Assembly (NCBI GenBank): GCA_944389085.1
Contig: CALXLB010000006.1
Location: 2,953 to 66,952, forward strand
Source of the DNA: an uncultured Spirochaetaceae bacterium
GTDB taxonomy: Bacteria; Spirochaetota; Spirochaetia; Sphaerochaetales; Sphaerochaetaceae
Length of the DNA: 64,000 nt
Direction of reading: 5' to 3'
The position numbers and the translations under genes are program-made. Position 1 is the stretch's first letter; every line of letters starts with the position of its first letter. This document shows, piece by piece, positions 1 to 10,089 of the stretch. The notes under the pieces are model-generated. The model ran no database searches and was not told the DNA's origin. It saw only the letters and a list, made by a program, of their open reading frames with translations.

Positions 1-2711
1 ATAGAAAGAAGCAGTTCTCTTTCTCCCTGCTTTGAGAGTCTGCCGGCAAGCATGTCGGAAATATGCTTCAGAGTTTCTTCTGATCTGAGCATTTCCATGG
101 CTTTGAAGAGAGGTTCAAGGCGAAGCAGTGCAACAGCTCTTGAGATATTCCTGATGCCTTTTCTGCCATACATTCTCCACAGTTTCTCATAGCTGCCATC
201 TGTATCTTCCACCTGCCTGATGTTCCAATAGACTTTAGCTTCATAGCCATTAAGCGAGAATGAGAAACCTTCATCATAAAGCTGGATGGATGGGATTATG
301 TATGTCAGACCATCGGAGAAGCAATCAAAGAGGGCATAGTTGCGTCCTCCGAAAGAAAGACTGAGGCTGTCAGCAAGTTTTGTTGTCACAGTTGTCCTGC
401 TGTCTTTCTCTTTTTTAAGTTTAGGAACTGATATATTTATCGTTCCTCCGCATCTTTCATACTGATTGTTGACGAGGATAAGTGTCTTCTCGTTATCAAC
501 ACCGTTGACAAAGGCATAGATTGATTCTTCCACGCCGCCATTCTGGTTATAGCAGTCAAAGAACTGGAAGTAATCGACACCGGAGAAGAGATATCTTCTT
601 CTGAAGAGAGGGAAAATCCTACGATAATGTTCTCCTACAAGAGAGAGATTTGGCTGTTCGTTGTAATAAGCTCTCTTGTACTCCATTCCATACTTCTCAT
701 GGTAACCTTCAATCTGGCCATGTCCTACCATTGGCAGGCCTGGAAGCGTTGCCAGAAGAGTACAGACTGCAAAATATTTATCCCCATCTCCGAATTGAGC
801 AATTGCTGTTTCTTCATCAGGATTATTCATGAAGTTGACATATCGCTTAAGGATTTCTGGTTCAAATACTAGAGTATTCTTTATGCCGAGTCTGTACTTC
901 TGGTTCTCCTGATTCTTCAGCATGTTCATGAAAGCAGAGTTGTAGACTCTGTGCATGCCTAAAGTCCTGACAAAGTATCCTTCCATCATCCAGAAAGCTT
1001 CTGCAAGCAAGAGCGTATCAGGGGCTTCGACTGCAACCCTGTCTACGACTTCTCTCCAGAATTCCTGTGGAATACGGTTGTTGAACTCTTCATCGCTCAT
1101 GGCATATCTTGCTCGGCCTGCTATATCTCCACCATGTCCTGGCTTTGGATACCAGAGGCGCTGGATATGACGTTTGGCCAGAGTCATTGCAGCATCGAAG
1201 CGTATGATCGGAAAATTCTTGGCAACGTGGATAATCTTCTGCATGACAGCCTCTCTTGTCGTTGGATTGAGATAATCCAGCTGCGCTGTGTCATTCCAGG
1301 GCATCGATGTACCATCATTGCCATGGAAGATATATCTGGTCTGCCCACTTCTTTTGTCACGCAGCATGAAGGTAACAGCTGCATCGGTTCTGTTGTAATA
1401 GTGATCCTCTATCTTCACTTCATAATCAGGGTTATTGGAAAGATCAGGACCATTGTATGTGTATGATGGGAATGGAGGCCAGTCCTGCTGGACAAAGTAA
1501 TCAGGATGCTCATAGACCCAGTTTCCATCGATACCTGTATGGTTCGGAACCATATCTGAAGCGAGACGGATTCCTCGCTTCTTGCATCTTTCACGTAGGT
1601 TATCCAGGGCTGCCCATCCCCCGATAATATGTGAAATCTCATAATCTTTCAGGGAATATGCTGAAGCTTCTGCATCGGGATTTCCGCAAAGGTTCTTTAT
1701 TCTCTTGGAAGCATCTGAACGCTCCCAGAGGCCAATAAGCCAGAGCGCTGTGAAGCCCCTATCGCGAAGGAGGTCGAGCTCTTCATCTGGAATCTGGTCA
1801 AGTGTTGATATATCCCTCTTATATTGCTTGGAAAGCTGGTCAAGCCAGACAAGAGTACACTTAGCCATCATCACAACACGAGGCATCCAGTTCGAGTCGT
1901 CAGAGAATGCCTCATATTCATTCAGTTCACTCTCCGAATAGTCAATCACATGTGTCTGGCCACCGCCTCCGCCTGTACCGCCTCTGTCTTTCTCTTCTTC
2001 GTGAATGTAATCGAGAGATGTCTGCAGCAGTCTTATCAATTCGAACGGCAGGAATGCACTCCATTCTCTGAGAATGTACCTTATCTGGTCTTCCAGTGAA
2101 TTAGGGTAGAGCCTGGCAGGAAGCTGCAGCATGGTGAAGATGTCGTCAGTATTTGGTTTCCCGTTCCTCAGATCATCTTTTACAAACGATGAAAGGATGC
2201 TTGAAAGTGCTTTGCACTCCGGTGGATATACAATCTGATCTGGAGAGACAAAGGGTTTTGAAGCAGCCAGAAGAGCTGGATTCTGCAGAAGCACCTGATG
2301 AATGAAGAATCCTCTCATATCTTCTGTCATTCTTGTAGCGGAATCCGGTCTCTTTTCCTCCAGAGCAGGAGACGGGAACGTCTTTGCATAGAAGGAAAGG
2401 GCATTGGAAAGCTCGTCATTGGAGGCAACTGTGGCAATGCGGCGTGTGAAGAAATCATTATGACCATCACTCATACGTGCCGTCAGTACAATCTGGTAAA
2501 TCAGATGAAGCACCGCAGATGCGTGCAGTTTTCCTGGCGAGACAAAACCGCTTTCAGCTCCGTTCTTTTTCAATTCTGTATTATATCTGTAGGCAAGCAG
2601 AGAAGCCTCTCTATAGAGAAGATCGAGACTTTCATCGGTCGGAAAGACCGGTGTGTTTATCTTTATTCTCTCCCTTGTGAGCAGGGGGATTCTCAAATCC
2701 CTTTTTTCCAT
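1..2711 (-). CDS. Large alpha-amylase-family (GH13-like) glycoside hydrolase, C-terminus cut by window edge
   Basis: Absent from the supplied ORF track because it has no in-window stop. The reverse-strand frame from ATG 2711-2709 (MEKRDLRIPLL...) stays open to position 3. I checked the frame at DMVPNHTG (D codon 1556-1554), PIIRFDAAM (P codon 1211-1209) and LEPLFKAMEMLRSEETLKH (119-63). GH13 regions I (DMVPNH), II (RFDAAMTLAKRH) and III (LLAEAFW) are present. Confidence 0.85.
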   Translation of the reverse strand, partial: MEKRDLRIPLLTRERIKINTPVFPTDESLDLLYREASLLAYRYNTELKKNGAESGFVSPGKLHASAVLHLIYQIVLTARMSDGHNDFFTRRIATVASNDELSNALSFYAKTFPSPALEEKRPDSATRMTEDMRGFFIHQVLLQNPALLAASKPFVSPDQIVYPPECKALSSILSSFVKDDLRNGKPNTDDIFTMLQLPARLYPNSLEDQIRYILREWSAFLPFELIRLLQTSLDYIHEEEKDRGGTGGGGGQTHVIDYSESELNEYEAFSDDSNWMPRVVMMAKCTLVWLDQLSKQYKRDISTLDQIPDEELDLLRDRGFTALWLIGLWERSDASKRIKNLCGNPDAEASAYSLKDYEISHIIGGWAALDNLRERCKKRGIRLASDMVPNHTGIDGNWVYEHPDYFVQQDWPPFPSYTYNGPDLSNNPDYEVKIEDHYYNRTDAAVTFMLRDKRSGQTRYIFHGNDGTSMPWNDTAQLDYLNPTTREAVMQKIIHVAKNFPIIRFDAAMTLAKRHIQRLWYPKPGHGGDIAGRARYAMSDEEFNNRIPQEFWREVVDRVAVEAPDTLLLAEAFWMMEGYFVRTLGMHRVYNSAFMNMLKNQENQKYRLGIKNTLVFEPEILKRYVNFMNNPDEETAIAQFGDGDKYFAVCTLLATLPGLPMVGHGQIEGYHEKYGMEYKRAYYNEQPNLSLVGEHYRRIFPLFRRRYLFSGVDYFQFFDCYNQNGGVEESIYAFVNGVDNEKTLILVNNQYERCGGTINISVPKLKKEKDSRTTVTTKLADSLSLSFGGRNYALFDCFSDGLTYIIPSIQLYDEGFSFSLNGYEAKVYWNIRQVEDTDGSYEKLWRMYGRKGIRNISRAVALLRLEPLFKAMEMLRSEETLKHISDMLAGRLSKQGERELLLS

Positions 2712-2822
2712 CCTTGTACCCTCTTTTTTTGTATATTAACTATCTTACCATAGATAATACTCCGTTTTTAAGCGTTAGTGAGGCTTTTTCTGATACACAA
2801 GATGAAGAAGGTGTGAATATTT

Positions 2823-3671
2823 TTACTTTGAGCTTGAGAGGAATAATCCAAAAAGAGCAAGAAAGGTACCAAGTGCAGAGAGAATGGTGATGCTTTCTCC
2901 CAGAAGAACGGCAGAGGCAATAACTGTAATGACCGGTGTCAGATAGATGAATACGCTTGTTCTGACAGCCCCAAGCTGCTTTACTGCCACATTCCACAGA
3001 ACAAAGCAGAGTGCGGAAGCTGCAATGCCAAGGAAGAGAATATTGAGTATGATCTGAGCGGAGAACAATGCTCTTTCCTTTGAGAAATCATTCCAGAAGA
3101 TGAGGGGAATTGCTATTAGGACCAAGCCATAAAGAAAAGATCTCCGTACTGTCTGGATCCCAGAGTATCCGAATGTTGCTATCTTTTTCGTCAGGACTGC
3201 GTAAAGCCCCCAGACGGCAGCGGCTCCGAGGGCAAGAAAATCTCCCAGAAGGCTGCTTTTCGATACTTCCAGGGAACCAAAGCTCATTAAGGCAATGCCG
3301 ATGATTGCAGCAGCAAAACCAACATAGAACCACTTCGTTTTTCTTTCTGATGAGAACAGGGCTGTGAAGAATGGTGCTGTGGAGACAATTACACCTGCGT
3401 TTGAAGCACTGGTCCAGAGCATGGAGACATTCTCGAGAAAATAGTACAGGAAGACGCCTGTGCAGGCTGCGGCAATGAAGTATTTCTCTTCTTTCCAGCC
3501 TTTTGACTTCAGGCAATGCGGTGAAGCCGCAAAAAGGACTGCAAAGCCTACAAGGAAGCGTGCGAAGAGTATTTCCACTGGTGTAAGCGAAAGCAGAAGA
3601 ACCTTTGTCGATACAAAAGTCAGGCCCCAGATTGTGACAGTGATGAGAGCTGCTATGTACCCAGTACTCAT
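2823..3671 (-). CDS. EamA/DMT-superfamily transporter (10 TM)
   Basis: 282-aa hydrophobic ORF with two EamA-like halves. Its start overlaps the pth stop by 4 nt. Confidence 0.8.
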   Translation of the reverse strand: MSTGYIAALITVTIWGLTFVSTKVLLLSLTPVEILFARFLVGFAVLFAASPHCLKSKGWKEEKYFIAAACTGVFLYYFLENVSMLWTSASNAGVIVSTAPFFTALFSSERKTKWFYVGFAAAIIGIALMSFGSLEVSKSSLLGDFLALGAAAVWGLYAVLTKKIATFGYSGIQTVRRSFLYGLVLIAIPLIFWNDFSKERALFSAQIILNILFLGIAASALCFVLWNVAVKQLGAVRTSVFIYLTPVITVIASAVLLGESITILSALGTFLALFGLFLSSSK

Positions 3672-4186
3672 GAGAATTCCCTTTCCTTGACAGGATCCTT
3701 CATTACGTCATGCATTTTGCCAAAAAGAGTGGAGAGCAGTATTTTCTCATCCTGTTTGAACGGAGAAGTGACATAGATTCTCACATCTCCATGTACAGGA
3801 CGTCCTATGCCTATTCTCAGACGATAGAAAGCATCCGTCCCCAGCCTTTCCTTTATGCTCCTCAGTCCATTATGACCTTGGAGTCCTCCTCCTTTCTGGA
3901 GTTTAGCCTTTCCCAGAGGTAGTTCCAGATCATCATGGATGACGAGTATTTCATCGCTTTTGAGCTTATAAAAGGAGGCGGCTTCTGAAACAGCAGTTCC
4001 AGAGAGATTCATCATTGTCATCGGTTTCAGTATTCTGATACCGTCCTCTTCAGTGAACATAGAGTGGAATTTCATTTTCCAGGAAGAGAGAGGATAGAGA
4101 TAGTCAGCAAATAAAAAACCTGCATTATGTCTTGTTTCTTTGTATTCTTTACCTGGATTACCTAGAAAAACTGCCAGCCTGATCAT
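3668..4186 (-). CDS. pth: Peptidyl-tRNA hydrolase
   Basis: The internal ATG at 4186-4184 gives MIRLAVFLGNPGKEYKETRHNAGF..., the canonical Pth N-terminus. GHNGLRS is also present. The 50 upstream codons of the 222-aa track ORF do not look like Pth. Confidence 0.9.
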   Translation of the reverse strand: MIRLAVFLGNPGKEYKETRHNAGFLFADYLYPLSSWKMKFHSMFTEEDGIRILKPMTMMNLSGTAVSEAASFYKLKSDEILVIHDDLELPLGKAKLQKGGGLQGHNGLRSIKERLGTDAFYRLRIGIGRPVHGDVRIYVTSPFKQDEKILLSTLFGKMHDVMKDPVKEREFS

Positions 4187-4352
4187 TTCTGCTCCTATAT
4201 CTGCAGAAAATATAGCGAACACGGGAAGAAAGACAACAGCCGGAGGGGATTGACAGAACAAAAGGAGCTGTCCCATATAGAAAGCACGAAAACTGAGAGT
4301 GGATTTTTCCTGATGTAGATCACCTTTTCGCCACACTCATCGGATCTGGAAA

Positions 4353-5699
4353 ATGGAAACAAGAACATTCAGCAATGATTTCATGAGGACAAGGGAAGTG
4401 ACTCCACTGATTCTTTCAATGTCGCTTCCGATGGTCTTTTCGATGCTTGTGAATTCGCTTTACAACATCGTAGACAGCTATTTTGTCGCTAAAATCAGTG
4501 AGGATGCTATGACAGCGCTTTCACTGGTATTCCCGATTCAGAATCTGGTACATTCAATAGCTGTCGGATTCGGAGTCGGCATTAATGCAGTGATTGCCTT
4601 CCATAGTGGTGCTGGTAATGGCGAAAATGCTGACAAAGCTGCATCGCAAGGACTTTTTCTTGCAGTCATTCATTCTTTGGTACTGACAGTCTGCTGTATA
4701 GCTATAATGCCAGCATTCCTCTCTTCTTTCACTTCATCAGAGGACATTGTATCTATGGGAGTGCGGTATTCGACCGTAGTCTTTTCCTTTACATTGATAA
4801 ATCTGCCTGGAATAACATTCGAGAAAATCTTTCAGGCTGTTGGCAGGATGAAAGTCTCAATGGTTGCGCTTGCAGCCGGGTGTATTGCGAATATAATCCT
4901 TGATCCTCTCTTCATATTTGGAATCGGTCCTTTTCCTGAATGGGGTATCGAGGGAGCTGCGTTTGCCACAGGGCTTGGACAGCTTATTTCGCTTCTGATT
5001 TATCTGGCAGTCTATTTTATCCGGCCTATGAGTGTGAGGATCAGAAGTAAATTCCTGAAGCCCGAACGGAAGATGGCTGTCAGTCTCTATTCTATCGGAA
5101 TACCTGCGGCTCTCAACATCGCGCTTCCATCTGTACTTGTATCGGCATTCAATGCCATGCTTGCTTCTTATTCCGATACTTATACGCTTGTGCTCGGAAT
5201 TTACTATAAGCTTCAGACATTCCTCTATCTCCCTGCAAGTGGATTCATTCAAGGGATGAGGCCGATCATAGGATATAATAATGGGGCTGGGGAAAGAGGC
5301 AGAGTCAGAAGGATCTTTGTCTCAGTGCTTATAATGTGTGCTGCGATAATGTTCGTCGGTACACTTCTCTCTCTTTTTATTCCTCGGTCTCTTGTTGCGC
5401 TTTTCACGACAAATCCGGAGACTATTGAAGCAGGAGCCAGAGCGATTAAGATCATCAGCATAGGTTTTGTGATTTCTTCGGTTTCTGTGACGGCATCTGG
5501 TGCTCTTGAAGGATTGGGTAAAGGTATGCCTTCTCTCTGGATTTCTCTTTGCCGGTATATAATCATCATTATTCCAGTCGCTTATATTCTTTCCAGCATA
5601 TTAGGACTTGGTCCCGATGGTGTCTGGTCATCTTTCTGGATAACAGAGTTCATAACAGCTGCTATTTCGATAATCATCTATCGGAGAAATGTCAGATGA
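4353..5699 (+). CDS. MATE-family efflux transporter
   Basis: 448 aa, 12 TM. The N-terminus (LILSMSLPMVFSMLVNSLYNIVDSYFV) is typical of the MatE family. Confidence 0.85.
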   Translation: METRTFSNDFMRTREVTPLILSMSLPMVFSMLVNSLYNIVDSYFVAKISEDAMTALSLVFPIQNLVHSIAVGFGVGINAVIAFHSGAGNGENADKAASQGLFLAVIHSLVLTVCCIAIMPAFLSSFTSSEDIVSMGVRYSTVVFSFTLINLPGITFEKIFQAVGRMKVSMVALAAGCIANIILDPLFIFGIGPFPEWGIEGAAFATGLGQLISLLIYLAVYFIRPMSVRIRSKFLKPERKMAVSLYSIGIPAALNIALPSVLVSAFNAMLASYSDTYTLVLGIYYKLQTFLYLPASGFIQGMRPIIGYNNGAGERGRVRRIFVSVLIMCAAIMFVGTLLSLFIPRSLVALFTTNPETIEAGARAIKIISIGFVISSVSVTASGALEGLGKGMPSLWISLCRYIIIIIPVAYILSSILGLGPDGVWSSFWITEFITAAISIIIYRRNVR

Positions 5700-5768
5700 A
5701 AGATGCTTAACCAACTCTATATGTTCAGATAGAATGATGATGCTAATAAACACTTATGGAGGTGGAAA

Positions 5769-6179
5769 ATGGCAACTAGCAAGGTTAGCGGGGATTTTAT
5801 CCTCAAGATACTTGTAGGTCTTCTTTTCGTCATAATCGGTATCGAGGGTATCGCAGATTTTGGCGGTAATGCACTTTATGACGAACTCGATGAAGTATTC
5901 CGCATCATCGTTGGCGTTGTGCTCCTGGTAGCAGGACTTCTTCTCATTATCCCGTCATTCATCGGAGGAATAAAGGGTTCTTTTGTGAAGATTTCCACGC
6001 TTGTTGTTCTGATAGCCTGGGTAATCTACATCATTCTCGATGATTTCATCTATGGTTTTGGCAATCTTAATGGAGATGAATGGTTTACATGGCTTGAAGG
6101 CTTTATCTATCATCTTCTGATTCTTTACTGCATCTATCGTGTTGCCACCCCTGCTGTCCGCAAGCTTGGCAATAAGTAA
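5769..6179 (+). CDS. Hypothetical small membrane protein (about 4 TM)
   Basis: 136-aa hydrophobic ORF with no recognisable motif. Confidence 0.5.
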   Translation: MATSKVSGDFILKILVGLLFVIIGIEGIADFGGNALYDELDEVFRIIVGVVLLVAGLLLIIPSFIGGIKGSFVKISTLVVLIAWVIYIILDDFIYGFGNLNGDEWFTWLEGFIYHLLILYCIYRVATPAVRKLGNK

Positions 6180-6845
6180 TCATCGTTCTCTCTGAACGCC
6201 GTTTTTAGGACATCTTCTGTTCTCTGGACAGAGGGAACAGAACGGAGAGACAGGTGTACAGATCTTCTGCCCATAGCGTACAAGGAGCTCATTGAGAGAT
6301 ATCCAGAAGCGCTGGGGCAGTATTTTTCTAAGCTCTTTCTCTGTCTCCTCTGCGCTTTTCGTCTTAACCCATCCCAGTCTGTTTACGATTTCATGTACAT
6401 GACAATCAACGCAGATGGCATCGATGCCATAGCCCAGGTTCAATACCAGAGAGGCTGTTTTTATCCCAACCCCCGGAAGAGAAAGAAGAGTTTCCATCTC
6501 GCAGGGGACTTTACCGTTGTGTTCGTTGACTATAATCTGGGCAATCTTATTCAGCTGGCTGCCTTTTCTGCGGAAAAATCCTGCCGGTCTGATGGCATCT
6601 GCTATTGTGTTTTCATCCAGTGAAGCGAGTGTCTCGATATCTGGAGCAATGGAAAAAAGGCGCAGGGAGGCTGAGAGCGTTACCTCGTCTTTTGTTCTCA
6701 GGCTTATGAGCGTAGAGACAAGAATCCTATAAGGATCATTGTCTTCTTCAGCTATCTGGCTTACAGAGGGCAGCGGTGCTCCCTGTTCTGCAAGTGCAGC
6801 AGAAAAAGAAGTGAAGATTGTATCGATATATTTCTCATCAAGCAT
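6180..6845 (-). CDS. nth: Endonuclease III (HhH-GPD base-excision glycosylase)
   Basis: HhH motif LLSLPGVGIKTASLVL and a C-terminal 4Fe-4S Cys cluster (CTPVSPFCSLCPENRRC). Confidence 0.9.
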   Translation of the reverse strand: MLDEKYIDTIFTSFSAALAEQGAPLPSVSQIAEEDNDPYRILVSTLISLRTKDEVTLSASLRLFSIAPDIETLASLDENTIADAIRPAGFFRRKGSQLNKIAQIIVNEHNGKVPCEMETLLSLPGVGIKTASLVLNLGYGIDAICVDCHVHEIVNRLGWVKTKSAEETEKELRKILPQRFWISLNELLVRYGQKICTPVSPFCSLCPENRRCPKNGVQRER

Positions 6846-6890
6846 GGCAATTCGTTGACCAAATTCTCAGGAAAAGCTAGCGTTTTCCAT

Positions 6891-8810
6891 ATGATTGTCA
6901 TCCTAAAGCAGGGTATTACACCACAGGAAAAAGATAAAGTAAGATCCTTCCTTTCCGAGAAGGGTTTTATCGTAAAAGAAATCGTTGGACAGCAGGATAC
7001 AGTTCTTGGTGCTGTAGGAAAAGTTTCCATAGATCCCCGTACTGTTGAGCTTATGCCTGGAGTCAGTTCAGTCGTGCCTATCTCAAAGCCTTATAAACTG
7101 GCCTCCCGTGAGATGAAGAAAGAGGACACGATTGTACAGGTAGGAAAGGTTAAAATCGGTGGAAACCGTGTCTGTGTCATTGCAGGTCCTTGTGCTGTAG
7201 AAAGCTATGATCAGGTTATGGCAATTGCTGAAAGCGTCAGGGAAGCGGGGGCTGTAATGCTCCGAGGCGGAGCTTTCAAGCCCCGGACAAGTCCTTATGC
7301 ATTCCAGGGGCTTGGAGGAGAAGGGCTGAAGATTCTGAGAAAAGCAGGTGATGCTTTCGATATGCCTATCACTTCCGAGGTCGTCTCCCCTGGTGATGTT
7401 GCCATGATGTCTGAATATGTGGATATGTTCCAGATCGGGGCAAGGAATATGCAGAACTTCGAACTCCTGAAGGAGGTCGGAAAGACAGGAATGCCTGTTC
7501 TGCTTAAAAGAGGCCTGGCCGCTACAATTGAAGAGTGGCTGATGGCTGCTGAGTATCTGATGGCTTCCGGTACAGATCAGGTTGTGCTTTGTGAGCGAGG
7601 CATCAGGACATATGAGAAAGCTACCAGAAATACACTTGACTGCTCTGCGATTCCTGTTGTCCAGAAGCTTACGCATCTGCCTGTAATCGGGGATCCTTCC
7701 CATGCTACAGGTATCAGAGACATGGTTGCTCCGATGAGCCTGGCAATTGTTGCATCTGGAGCTTCCGGTGTAATTGTTGAGGTGCATAACTGTCCTGAGA
7801 AGGCTCTTTCAGATGGTCCGCAGTCGCTTTATCCTTCTCAGTTCAAGAAGCTTGTTCATGACATTCAGGCACTTTGTCCGGTTGTTGGAAAGAGCCTTGA
7901 GAAAATTCCAAGAGTTCTTCCTGAGAGCATGAAGAGCAAAGATGAGGAAAGGAAAGCTCCTGCAGCTGGTGTTGTAGTTGCATTCCAGGGTGTAAGGGGG
8001 GCATTCTCTGAACTGGCAGCAAGAAGATCATTCGATGAGGATGCTGTAATGCTTGCCTGCCATAACTTCTCGGATGCCTTCGATGCTGTTTCTGCGGGAG
8101 AAGCCAAATACGCTGTGCTCCCTGTAGAAAATACATTGGGCGGAACTGTTTATGACAATCTTGATCTTCTTGCCATGCATCCTGAACTGACTGTTGTCGG
8201 CGAACAGCAGGTAAGGGTAATGCATAATCTCATAGTCAATCCTGGAACCAGGATGGAAGATATAAAGAAGGTCTATTCACATCCACAGGGCTTGCAGCAG
8301 TGCCGTGCATTCCTCGATAAGGAACTGCCAGAAGCTGAGCGTGTGCCTTTCTTTGATACAGCTGGTGCGGTGGAATACATCTCTGGTTTGAATGATAAGT
8401 CTGTTGCAGCTATCGCAGGAGCTCCTGCTGCCCGCTATTACGGTATGGAGATTCTGAGGCAGGGTATAGAGACAGATGCCTCTAACTACACACGTTTCTA
8501 TATTCTGGCACGTGAGGAAAATGCGGAAATTTTCAGGTCACAATCAAAGCCTGATAAAGCAGCTCTCTCCTTTTCAGTTTCAGATGAGCCTGGCTCTCTT
8601 ATGGATATTCTCCGCACTATTGCTGATAAAGGAGTGAATATGACAAAGCTTGAATCACGTCCGATTCCTGGCAAGCCTTGGGAGTATCTCTTCTTTGTCG
8701 AGCTCCAGCTGCCTGCAGATATGAAGACATTCGAAGAATTGGCTGCTGAGATTAAAGAGAAAGCGGTCTCTTTCCGTGTTCTCGGCACCTATACATCGGT
8801 GATCGGATGA
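6891..8810 (+). CDS. Fusion protein: regulatory FL domain, type I-beta DAHP synthase, prephenate dehydratase and ACT domain
   Basis: ATG at 6891 gives MIVILKQG..., matching the Thermotoga-type DAHPS N-terminus. DAHPS motifs: KPRTSPYAFQGLG, QIGARN, CERGIRT, GDPSH. PDT motifs: AFQGVRGAFSE, LPVENTLGG, TRF. ACT motif: ESRPIPG. The track start at 6855 is a TTG. Confidence 0.85.
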   Translation: MIVILKQGITPQEKDKVRSFLSEKGFIVKEIVGQQDTVLGAVGKVSIDPRTVELMPGVSSVVPISKPYKLASREMKKEDTIVQVGKVKIGGNRVCVIAGPCAVESYDQVMAIAESVREAGAVMLRGGAFKPRTSPYAFQGLGGEGLKILRKAGDAFDMPITSEVVSPGDVAMMSEYVDMFQIGARNMQNFELLKEVGKTGMPVLLKRGLAATIEEWLMAAEYLMASGTDQVVLCERGIRTYEKATRNTLDCSAIPVVQKLTHLPVIGDPSHATGIRDMVAPMSLAIVASGASGVIVEVHNCPEKALSDGPQSLYPSQFKKLVHDIQALCPVVGKSLEKIPRVLPESMKSKDEERKAPAAGVVVAFQGVRGAFSELAARRSFDEDAVMLACHNFSDAFDAVSAGEAKYAVLPVENTLGGTVYDNLDLLAMHPELTVVGEQQVRVMHNLIVNPGTRMEDIKKVYSHPQGLQQCRAFLDKELPEAERVPFFDTAGAVEYISGLNDKSVAAIAGAPAARYYGMEILRQGIETDASNYTRFYILAREENAEIFRSQSKPDKAALSFSVSDEPGSLMDILRTIADKGVNMTKLESRPIPGKPWEYLFFVELQLPADMKTFEELAAEIKEKAVSFRVLGTYTSVIG

Positions 8811-9340
8811 TTCCAAAGCCTTATGATAAAGCGCTTCTCTTCATGGGGGTTCTCTCTACAGAGGGCCTCCCTGAGGATGTAAGGGAAGCGATAGAGAAAC
8901 ATTTTGGTCCTATTGCTTTTACTTCTCGTTCCATTCCGTTCAGCTTTACAGATTACTATGATGCTGAGATGGGAGATGGAATAGAGCGTTTCTTTATTGC
9001 TTTCGATGCTCTTGTATCTCCGGATACGCTCTCCGACGCCAAGACCATCACTGATCAGATAGAGCTTATGCATTCGCCATCTGGACAGAGAAGCATAAAT
9101 CTGGATCCGGGGCTTATTACAGAGAGCAATGTGATACTTGCCACAACGAAAAACAGAGCGCATCGAATCGCAATAGGGCAGTCCTTATATGCTGAAGTCA
9201 CGCTTATATACCATCGTCAGGGTTTTGAAGCATTCCCCTGGACTTATGCAGATTATCGTTCAGAAGAGGTGCAGAAAATCCTGTATGAACTTCGTAGATA
9301 CTATCTTTCGCTCAGAAAGGTGACAAAAACACCCCGATAA
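8807..9340 (+). CDS. DUF4416-like protein
   Basis: 177 aa. Family resemblance recalled from memory (INLDPGLI...ATTKNRAHRI). ATGA overlap with the upstream gene. Confidence 0.45.
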   Translation: MIPKPYDKALLFMGVLSTEGLPEDVREAIEKHFGPIAFTSRSIPFSFTDYYDAEMGDGIERFFIAFDALVSPDTLSDAKTITDQIELMHSPSGQRSINLDPGLITESNVILATTKNRAHRIAIGQSLYAEVTLIYHRQGFEAFPWTYADYRSEEVQKILYELRRYYLSLRKVTKTPR

Positions 9341-9355
9341 CGCGTATATCCTTAT

Positions 9356-10069
9356 ATGAGGATTATATTGCTGATTATCATTCTGTTTTTTTCTTCATGT
9401 TCCTATGAACACTGGATAGATGTTGTGGTTTCAGTTCCTGATACACATCCCTTTGAAGAGGCCTGTTCCGAATCGCTCTGGTTTTCTTTTTCCTGGTTTG
9501 ATGGAGAGAGAGTCAGATACCGGCATATAGCAAAAGGAGAAAGAAGCACTGCTGTCTCTGTCCGGGCAGGTGGACTGAGGGTTTTTGTTTTTGAACCGCT
9601 GGGAGAACTTGGCGGTATCGGGGCTTTCTTCGAACCCGGTGATAACGCTCATGTTCAGGCTCTGCCTGAGTATGGAGCTTTCGCTTCTATGCTGCTGAGG
9701 GCTGCAGAATACAGAGCGGAACCGGTTTCAAGACTGAGTATGAAAGATGTGATGGATTCTGTGCCTGATTTGCAGGCTGTGGATGAGACAGCTTTTCTTG
9801 AAGATGTTTTCAATGGAACTCTTTCCTATGGAATAAAAGAGAATGAAAAACATTCTTTCCGTCTTTCGTCTATCCCTGAGGGTTTCTGGGTATCAGAACG
9901 TTTTGATGTACCATCATTCGTCCAGGTTTCCAGTGGAGATCCCGTAGCGTTTTATCTTTATCCAGGTGTTTACCGATATGCCGAGGCGGAAAGGAAGCTG
10001 CTGCTGACTGTGATTATTGATGAAGAAGGTGAGGTTTCTCAGATGATAACAGCTATGCCTGTATGGTGA
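9356..10069 (+). CDS. Hypothetical lipoprotein
   Basis: Signal peptide with Cys (ILFFSSCSY). No recognisable domain. Confidence 0.5.
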   Translation: MRIILLIIILFFSSCSYEHWIDVVVSVPDTHPFEEACSESLWFSFSWFDGERVRYRHIAKGERSTAVSVRAGGLRVFVFEPLGELGGIGAFFEPGDNAHVQALPEYGAFASMLLRAAEYRAEPVSRLSMKDVMDSVPDLQAVDETAFLEDVFNGTLSYGIKENEKHSFRLSSIPEGFWVSERFDVPSFVQVSSGDPVAFYLYPGVYRYAEAERKLLLTVIIDEEGEVSQMITAMPVW

Positions 10070-10089
10070 ATTGATGCTAGACTCAGGGC

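Noticed and set aside
68-2753. All small ORFs listed for the first 2.7 kb.
   Set aside because: They are out-of-frame or antisense shadows of the GH13-like gene read on the reverse strand.
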